A DNA stretch of 64,000 nucleotides from an uncultured delta proteobacterium (GTDB lineage: Bacteria > Desulfobacterota > Binatia > Binatales > Binataceae), in NCBI GenBank assembly GCA_963765675.1, contig CAVXXK010000006.1:384001-448000 (forward strand). The letters are read 5' to 3'. The notes under the pieces were generated by a model. The model was not told where the DNA came from. It did not search any database and saw only the letters and a list, made by a program, of their open reading frames with translations. This document shows positions 31,691 to 42,198 of this stretch, piece after piece. Numbering within the stretch: the stretch's first letter is position 1; each line of letters starts with the position of its first letter. The translations under genes and the position numbers were made by a program.

Positions 31691-33796
31691 CTAAGCATGC
31701 GCATGATGCGGTCCCGCGGCTTCGCGGGCGGCCTTGTTCTCCTTGATTATCTTTTCGGCCACCGGCGGCGGCGCCTCTTCGTAGTGATCGAAACGTTGCT
31801 CGAACGATCCCCGTCCAGACGTGATCGAGCGAAGGTCGGGCGCGTATTTTAGTATTTCCGACATCGGCACCATCGCCTTGATCACCTGGCTCGCGCCCTT
31901 GCGATCCATCCCGAGCACTTTGCCGCGGCGCGAATTGAGATCGCCGATTACGTCGCCCATGCATTCGTCCGGGCAGGCGACCTCGATCGCGACGATCGGC
32001 TCCAGGATAATCGGGCGCGCTTTTTCCATCGTCGCTTTGAAGCCCATCGACGCCGCGATCTGAAACGCCATGTCCGAGGAATCGACGTCGTGGTAGCTGC
32101 CGTCGAAGACCGTCACGCGGACATCGACGATCGGAAATCCCGCGAGGAATCCTTCTATCAGCGTGTTGCGCACGCCTTTCTCGACCGACGGAATAAAGTT
32201 GCGCGGAATTGCCCCGCCGACGATTTGATCGACGAATTCGAAGCCACCACCCCGCGCCAGCGGCTCGATTTTGAGCCAGCAGTCGCCGTATTGGCCGCGT
32301 CCTCCCGACTGGCGCTTGTACTTGCCTTGCGCCTCGGCGCGCCCCTTGATCGTCTCGCGGTATGGAACCTTCGGCGCCTGAAGTTCAACTTCTACATTAA
32401 ATTTTCGTTTGAGCTTCTCGACCGTGACCTCGATATGCATCTGCCCGGTGCCGGACAGGATAATCTCGTGGCTCTGCGGGTCGCGATGCATCTCCAGCGC
32501 GGTGTCTTCCTCGACCAGCTTGTGCAGCGCCGCCGAGGCTTTCTCCTCGTCGGCCTTGGTCTTTGGTCTGACCGCGAACGAGATGACGGCATGCGCGCGC
32601 GGAGGCGGCTCGAACAGTACGGGCGACTTCTCGTCGCACAGCGTGTCGCCGGTAACGGTGTCCTTGAGCTTCGCCACGGCGACAATCTCGCCCGGCAGCG
32701 CAATCGCCAGCGGCGCCTGCTTCTTTCCTTCGAGCCGCAGAAGCTGTCCGAAACGTTCCTTGGTCTCGCGAGTGGAGTTCAGCACGGTAGCGTCGCTGCG
32801 CGCGGTGCCCGAGACGACCCGGAAGATCGAAAGCTTGCCCGCGAATGGGTCGATCACGGTCTTGAAGACCATCGCCGCGAACGGCGCCGCCGGATCCGCG
32901 GCGCGCGCAAGTTCCTCCGACGAAGTGGGAGAATGCGCGAGCACGGGAGGCCGCTCGTTCGGCGCAGGCAGCATCAAGGTGATCGCGTCGAGCAGCGGAG
33001 CCACGCCGATATTTTTTGCGCCGGAGCCGCAGAAGACCGGCGTGATTTTCGCCGCCGTAACCGCGGCGTGAAGCGCGGGAATCACCTTCTCGAGCGGGAG
33101 TGTGCCCTTCTCGAGATATTCCTCGAGCAGCGCGTCGTCGGTTTCCGCGACGACGTCGAACATCGCGGCGTGCGCCTTCTCCGCGCGATCCTTCTGCGCG
33201 CCCGAGAGCTCCTGCTCGACCGCCTTGCCGCTCGCGTCGGAATAGATGAGCGCCTTCATCGCGAGCACGTCGATCACGCCGTTAAGCGCGGTCTCCTCAC
33301 CGATTGGCAGCGTCAGCGCGACCGGCTTGGCGTCGAGCCCCTTCTCGAGATCCTTCATCGCGGCGTCGAAGCTCGTATGCTCGCGGTCCAGGCGCGAGAC
33401 AAAGGCGATTCGCGGCAGCTTGAGATCGTTCAGCGCCGCCCAGATTTTCTCGGACTCGACTTTCAGGTCGCCGCCCGGCGACACCAGCATCACGACGCCG
33501 TCCACGGCGTGCAGGGTGTTGAAGGTGTCCGGAAGAAATGCGCTGTAGCCGGCGGTGTTGGCGAGAATTACCTCGACTCGTTTCCAGCTCAGATGATGGA
33601 ACGAAGAGCCGATAGTCACTCCGCGATGCAGCTCTTCGGGTTCGAAATCCAGCAGTCCGGTGCCGTCGTCAGGACGCCCGAGGCGGGTTGTCGCTCCGGC
33701 GGTGAAGAGCATCGCTTCGGCCAACTGGCTTTTGCCGGTTCCACCCTGGCCGACGATCGCGATACTTCTGAGCCGCCCGATTTCCTCCACAGCCAT
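31691..33796 (-). CDS. fusA: Elongation factor G paralogue (EF-G II type)
   Basis: Five-domain EF-G layout: GQMHIEV, KVPYRETI, KRQSGGRGQYG, DGSYHDVDSS; degenerate GTPase motifs; not in an str operon. Confidence 0.9.
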   Translation of the reverse strand: MAVEEIGRLRSIAIVGQGGTGKSQLAEAMLFTAGATTRLGRPDDGTGLLDFEPEELHRGVTIGSSFHHLSWKRVEVILANTAGYSAFLPDTFNTLHAVDGVVMLVSPGGDLKVESEKIWAALNDLKLPRIAFVSRLDREHTSFDAAMKDLEKGLDAKPVALTLPIGEETALNGVIDVLAMKALIYSDASGKAVEQELSGAQKDRAEKAHAAMFDVVAETDDALLEEYLEKGTLPLEKVIPALHAAVTAAKITPVFCGSGAKNIGVAPLLDAITLMLPAPNERPPVLAHSPTSSEELARAADPAAPFAAMVFKTVIDPFAGKLSIFRVVSGTARSDATVLNSTRETKERFGQLLRLEGKKQAPLAIALPGEIVAVAKLKDTVTGDTLCDEKSPVLFEPPPRAHAVISFAVRPKTKADEEKASAALHKLVEEDTALEMHRDPQSHEIILSGTGQMHIEVTVEKLKRKFNVEVELQAPKVPYRETIKGRAEAQGKYKRQSGGRGQYGDCWLKIEPLARGGGFEFVDQIVGGAIPRNFIPSVEKGVRNTLIEGFLAGFPIVDVRVTVFDGSYHDVDSSDMAFQIAASMGFKATMEKARPIILEPIVAIEVACPDECMGDVIGDLNSRRGKVLGMDRKGASQVIKAMVPMSEILKYAPDLRSITSGRGSFEQRFDHYEEAPPPVAEKIIKENKAAREAAGPHHAHA

Positions 33797-33872
33797 AGGA
33801 GACACTCCTCTCACGTTGGCGTCCCGCAGTGCGCGTAGCGGGACGGTTTCTACCGGCTATGTCGTCACTTGA

Positions 33873-34674
33873 TCACTCGTATGCTCCCTCGATACTGACG
33901 TCACCCGCCAGGATCCGCCTCCGCTCCGCGCCCGTATCAAGTATCAGCGCTCCGTCCGCGTCAATTCCGCGCACCACACCCGCTGTCGCGCCGCTCCCCG
34001 TCAACTACCGTCACCCGCCTTCCGGTCAGCGCCGAGAATCTTTCCCAGACTGGACGCACGGCGCTGAAACCTCGCGATACAGTTTCCATATAACGATAGT
34101 CAAGAAAACTGCAAAGCGATTCCGCTATTGCGATCCGGTCGCACGGACGTCCCAGCACCGCGCGCAACGAGGTTGCCTTGTCGCGCAGCTCGGCCGGAAT
34201 GTCTTCAGGCGCGAGATTGAGGTTCAGTCCAATTCCGAGCAGCACCGCTTCTAGCGTGCCATGCAGGTCGGTCATCGCCTCGGCAATGATGCCGCCGACC
34301 TTGCGCCCGCGAATCCATACGTCGTTGGGCCACTTGAGCGCGACGAGGCCCGGCGCCTCGCGTGCGAGCGCCTCGGCGGCAGCGACTCCCGCCACCAGGC
34401 TAAGCCGCGGAACCTCGGCTATCGGAATCGGGGGACGCAGGATAAACGTCGCGTAAAGGTTGGCTCCGGCGGGCGAATGCCACGTGCGCCCCATCCTGCC
34501 GCGTCCCGCAGTCTGGCGTTCCGCGATTACGACGGTACCCTGGGCGGAACCGGCGCTCGCGAGCTCGCGCGCAGTGGTTTGGGTGGAATCGAGCTCCTCG
34601 AAGTAATGGATTCGCCATCCGATTCGGCCCGGCTCGCCGCGCTCGATCGATTGGTAGGGGTTGCTGCGGGCCAT
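33873..34674 (-). CDS. birA: Biotin--acetyl-CoA carboxylase ligase (frameshift ~33980)
   Basis: DSTQ, AERQTAGRGRMGRTW, LKWPNDV, KVGGI; removing one G gives GIDADGALIL...ILAGDVS ending at 33873. Confidence 0.92.
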
Positions 34675-34712
34675 CGGTGTTCTCAAAATGCGCGCCCTTG
34701 CGGGCGCGATAG

Positions 34713-35561
34713 TCACACGCCTGCGATTCGCATGCTGATATCGACGGCGCGCGCGGAATGCGTCAGCGCACCGACTGAAATGATGTCGATACCGGTCTCG
34801 GCGATCTCGCGGACAGTATCGAGCGAAACGCCGCCCGAGACTTCGAGAATCGTGTCTTCGCCTGCGATCTTGCGAGCGCGGCGAACGTCCGCGAGCGCCA
34901 TGTTGTCGAGCAATATGGCGTCGGTGCCGGCGCGGCGCGCCTCTTCCACCTGCGCGAGCGTCTCGCATTCGATCTCGATTCGAAAACTGTGCGGCGCAAA
35001 CCGGCGCGCGCCCTCGATCGCGGCGGTGACTGACCCCGCCGCTGCGATATGGTTTTCCTTGATCAGAATTCCGCTGTCGAGGCCGAAGCGATGGTTATGT
35101 CCGCCTCCGGTACGAACCGCGTACTTCTCGAGTGCGCGCAGGCCCGGATGCGTCTTGCGCGTATCAACGATTCGGGCGCGCGTGCCGGCGACGGCATCGA
35201 CGAAGCGTCCGGTGATGGTGGCGATTCCGGACAGCAGTTGCACGAAATTGAGCGCGACTCGCTCTCCCGTCAGCAGGCCCGCGAGCATGCCATCGATTTC
35301 TGCCAGCACGTCGCCCTCTTGCAACCGCGAGCCCTCGGCGGCCAGCTTCTCGATGTGCGGCGCGGCACCGGTCATCGCGAATACCCGCTCGATGAGCATC
35401 CCGCCGGCCAGGATCATCTCCGCTTCCTTGACGATGATCCGCGCGCGTCCATGTTTTCCGTCGGGCACTGTCGCCGCGGTAGTAATATCGCCCTGCCCCA
35501 CATCTTCGGCCAGCGCCCGCCGGACGATGTCATCGAGAACGATTTGAGAGACTAGTTCCAT
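34713..35561 (-). CDS. nadC: Nicotinate-nucleotide pyrophosphorylase (quinolinate phosphoribosyltransferase)
   Basis: ALAEDVGQGDIT, ERVALNF, DTRKTHPGLR, NHRFGL, LIKENH, ILLDNM, ISVGALTHS. Confidence 0.96.
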   Translation of the reverse strand: MELVSQIVLDDIVRRALAEDVGQGDITTAATVPDGKHGRARIIVKEAEMILAGGMLIERVFAMTGAAPHIEKLAAEGSRLQEGDVLAEIDGMLAGLLTGERVALNFVQLLSGIATITGRFVDAVAGTRARIVDTRKTHPGLRALEKYAVRTGGGHNHRFGLDSGILIKENHIAAAGSVTAAIEGARRFAPHSFRIEIECETLAQVEEARRAGTDAILLDNMALADVRRARKIAGEDTILEVSGGVSLDTVREIAETGIDIISVGALTHSARAVDISMRIAGV

Positions 35562-35574
35562 CGTTGGATCGATT

Positions 35575-35613
35575 GTGTCATTCCCGCGCGTGGCTGCCGC
35601 GCGAGGAATCCCG
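35575..35613 (+). repeat. Left 39-bp inverted repeat flanking the GIY-YIG gene
   Basis: GTGTCATTCCCGCGCGTGGCTGCCGCGCGAGGAATCCCG; exact reverse complement of 35937-35975. Confidence 0.95.
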
Positions 35614-35627
35614 TTTCGCGCCCCCGG

Positions 35628-35912
35628 TTAAGTCTCGCTCAAATCTGTCCAATCGGGATTTATTGATTCGATCAGCTTAATTTTCCGTTTGCGCGTCATC
35701 TTCTTGATCTCTTTTTCGCGGGCGATCGCCTCTGTAATCTCTCCGAACTCCTCAAAGTAAACCAGTTGGTTTATGTGATACTTGAAAGTAAAAGAATTCG
35801 GTGCGCCTTTCCTGTGTTCCTCAATTCGCCGTTCGAGATTGTTAGTCACGCCCGTGTAGAGCGTCCGCGAGCGGCTGCTCATCATATACACGCAATAAGT
35901 CCTATCGCCCAT
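35628..35912 (-). CDS. Stand-alone GIY-YIG nuclease family protein
   Basis: YCVYMM..LYTGVTNNLERRIEEH, FTFKY, LVYFE, AIAREKEIK, NPDWTDL. Confidence 0.92.
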   Translation of the reverse strand: MGDRTYCVYMMSSRSRTLYTGVTNNLERRIEEHRKGAPNSFTFKYHINQLVYFEEFGEITEAIAREKEIKKMTRKRKIKLIESINPDWTDLSET

Positions 35913-35936
35913 GGAGTTAGTCTAGCGCAAGAAATC

Positions 35937-35975
35937 CGGGATTCCTCGCGCGGCAGCCACGCGCGGGAATGACAC
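35937..35975 (-). repeat. Right 39-bp inverted repeat flanking the GIY-YIG gene
   Basis: CGGGATTCCTCGCGCGGCAGCCACGCGCGGGAATGACAC. Confidence 0.95.
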
Positions 35976-36095
35976 CAATTGGAATTGGATCGTAATTTGG
36001 AGCGGAGATGGGAATCTCGCTTTGGGCGTTGGCAGGTGTCGCGACGGATGACGGCCCCGAGGGTGACTGGCTTAAAACCTCCGCTAGCCACCAGA

Positions 36096-38801
36096 CTACC
36101 GTTCCCTGCCCTTCAGCATTTGCAACTGAGTATCCAAGTGAGCTTCAGCGTCGTAGAGCTCCTCGAGTTTTTGGCTCGTCTCCTGCTGCGCCTCAGCGGA
36201 CGCTTTAGCTTTAAAGTCCGGGTTCATTCGGCGCTGTTCGTGTCTCTCGATGTGCGATTGAACTTCCTTCAGTTCCTTCTCTATCTGCCGTCTTTTCTTT
36301 TCAAGGTCGAAATCTTTCGGCGGACGTATGAAAACCGTGGCCCACGGAAACGTTTGGGTCACGTATCGTGTGCCGTCTGGAGCGACAAGCCAATTGACAA
36401 CCTCGACTTCTGTCCCGCGAACCAACACTTGAAGGTATTTACCCCAAATCTCGATTTCTCGAACTAGCGTTGCAAGTGCATCGTTTTTCGAGCCGTCGAG
36501 TACGTCGGGCTGAAGAAAAATTTTGATCTTTTCGCTCGGGGGAATCTCCGCAAATGACCGAAGAGAGTTAACAGCGCCAGTAGCTTCAACTAGGTGGCTC
36601 ATCAGTTGTGATTCTTCGTCCGCCAACCATGCATTCGCCGACGGCACCGGAAATTTTGCGATCGCCAGATGCTGACTCAGTTCCGCAACATCAAGGTACG
36701 GACGAATCACCTGCCAGATCTCTTCGCTGATGAATGGCATGAATGGATGCAGCAACCGCAGCATCGTGTCGAAGCATCGTACGAGCACCCAGCGCGCCGC
36801 TTCCTTGCGGTCGCCGCCCGCCTTCAGCGAATCTTTCGCGAGCTCGATATACCAGTCACAGAACTGGTGCCAGATGAACGTGTACAGTGTCATTGCGGCG
36901 ACGTTGAATTCGTACGCATCGACCGCGCGAGTCACCTCGCGAACAGTCTCGTCGAGGCGCGCGAGAATCCAGCGCTCCGCAAGTCCCAGCTTCGCGTGTT
37001 CCGGCTCCAGGAGCGGCTGAGCAGCTCCTTCGAGGTTCATCATCACGAAGCGTGCGGCGTTCCAGACTTTATTCGCAAACGCACGCGCCGCCGCAAATCG
37101 ATCGTGCGACAGAATAACGTTGCGCCCCTGCGCCGCCAGCTGCGCCAGCGTCAAGCGGACCGCATCGGTGCCGTACTGCTCCATCAGATCCATCGGGTCA
37201 ACCACGTTGCCCTTGGTCTTGGTCATCTTCTTCCCGTACTCGTCGCGCACCAGCGCCGTGATGTACACGTCTCTGAACGGCACTTGGTCGGTGAGCTCAA
37301 GTCCGAGCATCATCATCCGAGCGACCCAGAAGAAAATTATGTCGAAACCGGTGATAAGCAGGCTGGTCGGATAATACTTGCGCAATTCGGGAGTGTCGTC
37401 GGGCCATCCGAGGGTCGAGAACGGCCACAATCCGGAGCTAAACCAGGTATCGAGCACGTCTTCATCCTGGATGATATCGGTACCGCCACATTCTCCGCAC
37501 TTGGACGGACGTTCGGCCGCAACGGTGAAATGACTGCATCGCTCGCACCGATACGCGGGAATCCGATGCCCCCACCATAGCTGGCGCGAGATACACCAGT
37601 CGTACGCGTTTTCCATCCAGTCAAAAAATGTCTTCTCCCAGAACCTCGGATGAAAGGTCGTGTCTCCCCGCTTGACCGCGGCCATCGCGCGCTGCGCCAT
37701 CTCGCGTACGCGCAGGAACCACTGCTCGGAGAGCATCGGCTCGACCACGGTGTCGCAGCGCGAGCATACGCCAACCGCGTTAGTGTGCGGCTCGATTTTT
37801 TCGAGCAGCCCTTGTGCTTCCAAGTCCGCGACGATTGCCTTGCGTGCCGCGTCGCGCTCGAGGCCCTGGTACGCGCCGGCGTTCTCGTTCATCCGCGCGC
37901 GCAGGTTCATCACGGAGATCTGATCGAGCTTGTGCCGCTTGCCGATCTCGAAGTCGTTCAGATCGTGCGCGGGTGTGATCTTGACCGCGCCGGTGCCGAA
38001 TTTCGGATCGACCGCCGCGTCGGCGATGACCTTGATCTCGCGATTCATCAACGGCAGCCTGAGCGTTTTGCCGATGATCGCGGTGTAGCGCGTGTCGGTC
38101 GGATTCACGGCGACCGCAGTGTCGCCGAGCATCGTCTCGGGCCGCGTGGTCGCGACCGTGATCGAGCCGGAGCCGTCGGCGAACGGGTAGCGGATATACC
38201 ACAGGCTCGATTTCGCGTCTTTGTGATCGACCTCGAGATCGGAGAGCGCGGTTTCGCATCGCGGACACCAGTTGATCAGCCTGCGATCGCGGTAGATGAG
38301 TCCGCGCTTGTGCAACTCGACGAAAACCGTGTTGACCGCGCGTGAGAGTCCGGCGTCGAGCGTGAAGCGTTCGCGGCTCCAATCGCATGATGCGCCGATG
38401 CGCCGCAGTTGCAGCATGATGCGGTCGCCATATTGCTCGCGCCACTGCCAGACGCGATCGACGAATGCGTCGCGGCCCATCTGATGGCGATTCTTTCCGT
38501 CTTTCGCGATCGTTTTTTCGACCGCGTTCTGGGTCGCGATTCCCGCGTGATCGGTCCCCGGCAGCCACAGGGTGTTGTAACCCTGCATCCTGCGCATGCG
38601 CACGATAATGTCGTGCAGGGTCGCGTTTAGCGCATGCCCGAGATGAAGCTGCCCAGTTACGTTGGGCGGCGGAATGACGATCGAAAACACCGGGCCGGGC
38701 CGTTCGGGATCGGCCCTGAAATAACCGAGCTCAATCCACTGCTGGAACCATCTTTCCTCGGCGGCCTTGGGGTCGTAGGTTTTTCCGAGTTCCAAATTCA
38801 C
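36096..38801 (-). CDS. valS: Valine--tRNA ligase
   Basis: PPPNVTGQLHLGH, GTDHAGIATQ, ATTRPET, DWCISRQLWWGHRIP, DVLDTWFSS, KMTKT variant, C-terminal coiled coil. Confidence 0.97.
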   Translation of the reverse strand: MNLELGKTYDPKAAEERWFQQWIELGYFRADPERPGPVFSIVIPPPNVTGQLHLGHALNATLHDIIVRMRRMQGYNTLWLPGTDHAGIATQNAVEKTIAKDGKNRHQMGRDAFVDRVWQWREQYGDRIMLQLRRIGASCDWSRERFTLDAGLSRAVNTVFVELHKRGLIYRDRRLINWCPRCETALSDLEVDHKDAKSSLWYIRYPFADGSGSITVATTRPETMLGDTAVAVNPTDTRYTAIIGKTLRLPLMNREIKVIADAAVDPKFGTGAVKITPAHDLNDFEIGKRHKLDQISVMNLRARMNENAGAYQGLERDAARKAIVADLEAQGLLEKIEPHTNAVGVCSRCDTVVEPMLSEQWFLRVREMAQRAMAAVKRGDTTFHPRFWEKTFFDWMENAYDWCISRQLWWGHRIPAYRCERCSHFTVAAERPSKCGECGGTDIIQDEDVLDTWFSSGLWPFSTLGWPDDTPELRKYYPTSLLITGFDIIFFWVARMMMLGLELTDQVPFRDVYITALVRDEYGKKMTKTKGNVVDPMDLMEQYGTDAVRLTLAQLAAQGRNVILSHDRFAAARAFANKVWNAARFVMMNLEGAAQPLLEPEHAKLGLAERWILARLDETVREVTRAVDAYEFNVAAMTLYTFIWHQFCDWYIELAKDSLKAGGDRKEAARWVLVRCFDTMLRLLHPFMPFISEEIWQVIRPYLDVAELSQHLAIAKFPVPSANAWLADEESQLMSHLVEATGAVNSLRSFAEIPPSEKIKIFLQPDVLDGSKNDALATLVREIEIWGKYLQVLVRGTEVEVVNWLVAPDGTRYVTQTFPWATVFIRPPKDFDLEKKRRQIEKELKEVQSHIERHEQRRMNPDFKAKASAEAQQETSQKLEELYDAEAHLDTQLQMLKGRER

Positions 38802-39029
38802 CTTCTCTGAGTGCCACAGGCTTTAACCTGCGAAGGGGTTCACCGCCATTGAACAACTAATGCTGGATCATATTGGCGTCACGCAAATGCCTCAAGCCGT
38901 GCGGCGGGGCGCGCTTGTCAAATCAGCCCGCTTGGTAATATGGTGCGCATGGCCCAAATGGGGAGGGCCACCCGTTTCGCGACGAGTTCGCGTCGAGTTT
39001 GTGACGAGTTCGGAGGAGGAGAGTAATCT

Positions 39030-39287
39030 ATGCTTGGTGGAACCAGCTTGAAAATCACTCTGGCTGCCGCCGCAGGCGCGCTCATGGTGATGGGTGCGCT
39101 CGCGGGATGCAGCTCGCTTTCGAGCGATCACGTTGATTGCAACGTAGTTAAGCTTCAATCCGAATCAGGACGCTCCGACGCGGAGATCGCTTCAGCGATC
39201 GGCGCGAGCATCGGCGATGTCGCCAAGTGCCACGGGCCCGAAACCTCAGGGAACAAGGAGTCCGGCGGCGAGCCTGGTCCCTATTGA
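39030..39287 (+). CDS. Small lipoprotein
   Basis: GGAGG RBS, lipobox LAGC, two further Cys. Confidence 0.7.
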   Translation: MLGGTSLKITLAAAAGALMVMGALAGCSSLSSDHVDCNVVKLQSESGRSDAEIASAIGASIGDVAKCHGPETSGNKESGGEPGPY

Positions 39288-39305
39288 CGCTCTATAGGCC
39301 GGTAC

Positions 39306-39391
39306 TGGTGCGAGAGGGGGGACTTGAACCCCCACGAAGTTGCCTCCACAAGGTCCTGAGCCTTGCGCGTCTGCCATTCCGCCACTCTCGC
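39306..39391 (-). tRNA. tRNA-Leu(CAG)
   Basis: GCGAGAG/CTCTCGC acceptor stem, TGGCGGAATGG D-arm, CAAGG-CTCAGGA-CCTTG anticodon arm, long variable arm, GGTTCAAGTCC T-loop, encoded ACCA. Confidence 0.97.
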
Positions 39392-39485
39392 GCGTGGGTG
39401 AGCTTATACGATTTATCCGGCGGCGGGCTCGGATTCAAGCCGCGGGCAATCGGATGAGCGCGCTTGTGGCGTGCGCGCGCGTTAA

Positions 39486-40205
<720 letters not shown>

Positions 40206-40219
40206 ACCATCCGGCGGCG

Positions 40220-41065
40220 ATGAAGCTTTCCGTCATCATCGCAACTCACAAGCGTCCCGATTCCCTGGCGAGGCTGCTCGGATCCCTCGCGCCGCAGGTC
40301 ACCGGCCGCGAGCGCGAAATCATCGTCGCCGAAAACGGTACCGCAGACCTGTTGACGCTTAGCGCCGATCTGCCGCCGCTAATCCATCTCCATGAACCAC
40401 GAGCCGGCAAATGCCGAATCCAGAATCGCGCGATCGCCGCGGCTTCGGGGACGATCCTGGTGTTTATGGACGACGACGTTATTGCGAACGAACACTACCT
40501 CGACGCGGTCGAGGAATTCTTCGCGTCGCATCCGGAATTTGCCGCGATGGCGGGTCGCGTCGCTCCGGCGGAAGACCCGGTCAAGAAAGCCGGTGACCGA
40601 TGGGTTTATCTGGACCTGCCACTCTTCGAACGCGGCGACAATGTGGTCGAGGTGCGCGGCGTGATCGGCGCCAACATGGCCTTTCGAGCCGAGGCGCTCG
40701 CGCATGTCGGTCCATTCGATGAACGCCTCGGGCCGGGCGCGGGCGGCCACGAAGAGGAAACCGAAATGTCCGCGCGGCTGCGGCACGCCGGTTATAGAAT
40801 CGGATACGCTCCCGACGCGATCGTCTATCATGAGGTCGATCCGGCTCGCGCCGATCGCGAACGGTTCATCCGCGTGTCGCGCGAGCGCGGACGATGCCGG
40901 ATGCTGCACGAAAATCATTCGGCTTTTGAGGTCATCACCAGGAACGCCGTTGCATGGGTGCGCCTCAGAGTCGCGCGAGCTACGGGCGCGTCGATCGAGC
41001 GAATCGCACGAGAGGAGCGTCGCGCGGCGGTCGCACGCGGAATGTTCGACGGACTCGGCGGCTAG
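40220..41065 (+). CDS. Glycosyltransferase family 2
   Basis: LSVIIATHKR, FMDDDV, GANMAFR, GPFDERLG, EETE. Confidence 0.9.
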   Translation: MKLSVIIATHKRPDSLARLLGSLAPQVTGREREIIVAENGTADLLTLSADLPPLIHLHEPRAGKCRIQNRAIAAASGTILVFMDDDVIANEHYLDAVEEFFASHPEFAAMAGRVAPAEDPVKKAGDRWVYLDLPLFERGDNVVEVRGVIGANMAFRAEALAHVGPFDERLGPGAGGHEEETEMSARLRHAGYRIGYAPDAIVYHEVDPARADRERFIRVSRERGRCRMLHENHSAFEVITRNAVAWVRLRVARATGASIERIAREERRAAVARGMFDGLGG

Positions 41066-41070
41066 GTCCG

Positions 41071-42198
41071 CTACTTCTCCGCGACCAACTCGATGCTCGC
41101 GAGCAATTCGCGCTCGTGCCGCTGCCAGGTGAACTGGCGCGCGGTTGCAAGCGCGATCGGCGCAAGTGCCTCACGCGCCGTGAGCATCGTGCCCAGCCTG
41201 ATCGTCACTTCGTTTACGTCGGCGGGGTTTTCCACGACTGCCGATTGCAGCGCGGGCGGCATCAGCTCCGCAACTCCGCACGCCGCGCTGGTCAGTGCTG
41301 GAATTCCGCACGCCATCGCCTCAAGCGCGACGTTTCCGAAAGGCTCGAACAAGGACGGAAACGCAAACGCATCGGCGGCTTGAAAGAGTTGCTCGACGTT
41401 CGACACCGCGCCGGCGAAAATCACGCGATGCTGAATTCCCAGGCGCGCCGCGCGACGCTCGTACGCCGCTGCGGCCCGATCGTTCCCGATGACGATCAGA
41501 TAAGGATCGTTGGCCAGCCCAGGTATTGCCTCGAGCAACGCTCCGAGTCCCTTGCGCGCAAATCCGTTGCCCACGAAAGCGATCAGCACCGCCTCGGCCG
41601 GGATTCCGTAGCGCATCCGAATCTCCGCGCGCGTCGATGAAGTCGCCGCGGGCTTGAAGCGCTCGAGATCGACGCCGTTATACAGCGTCACGACGCGCGT
41701 CGGTGAAATTCCGAAGCTCCGCACCAGATCGTCTCGGACCAGGTTGGATACCGCGATGACGCGTTTGAGCTTGGGCGAGCGGAAGCCCTGCCGCTCGACG
41801 ATCATTTGCGTCCGATGGTACGGCGACAGGCGCATCGCTTGTGCCCGCAGCGTCCCCCGCCACAGATGAGCTGCCCGCACGTACGATACATGCGCGCCGC
41901 CGCCCGAGCGCAGGATATCGGCGCCGATCGTCCGCGCGAAACTCAGGACGAGTTCAGCGCCGTCACGACGCGCCAGCGCGGGCGCAGTATACGCGAATCG
42001 CATCAGCGCGATCGCGCGCGGCAGAGACCCGCCGCCCACCCAGCGCACTTCGACGCCTGATGCGCTGGCGCGAACCTCGTCGGCATAGACAGTGATCTGA
42101 TGGCCCGCCCGCGCGAGAATGCCCGCCGTGACCATCAGGTCGCGCTCGGTGCCGCCACCAGCAGGGTCGAAGCGGCGCGCCAGTAGGGCTATGCGCAT
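41071..42198 (-). CDS. Glycosyltransferase family 4 (WaaG/RfaG-like)
   Basis: GGTER, YNGVD, RKGL, FPSLFEPFGNVALEAMACG. Confidence 0.9.
   Translation of the reverse strand: MRIALLARRFDPAGGGTERDLMVTAGILARAGHQITVYADEVRASASGVEVRWVGGGSLPRAIALMRFAYTAPALARRDGAELVLSFARTIGADILRSGGGAHVSYVRAAHLWRGTLRAQAMRLSPYHRTQMIVERQGFRSPKLKRVIAVSNLVRDDLVRSFGISPTRVVTLYNGVDLERFKPAATSSTRAEIRMRYGIPAEAVLIAFVGNGFARKGLGALLEAIPGLANDPYLIVIGNDRAAAAYERRAARLGIQHRVIFAGAVSNVEQLFQAADAFAFPSLFEPFGNVALEAMACGIPALTSAACGVAELMPPALQSAVVENPADVNEVTIRLGTMLTAREALAPIALATARQFTWQRHERELLASIELVAEK

Noticed and set aside
35575-35975. Classical IS or MITE with terminal inverted repeats
   Set aside because: The ORF is a GIY-YIG nuclease, not a DDE or HUH transposase, and no clear target-site duplication is visible; reported as a REP-like unit instead.
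39306-39391. tRNA-Leu as integration site of an island
   Set aside because: No duplicated tRNA 3' end or integrase was seen in the window.
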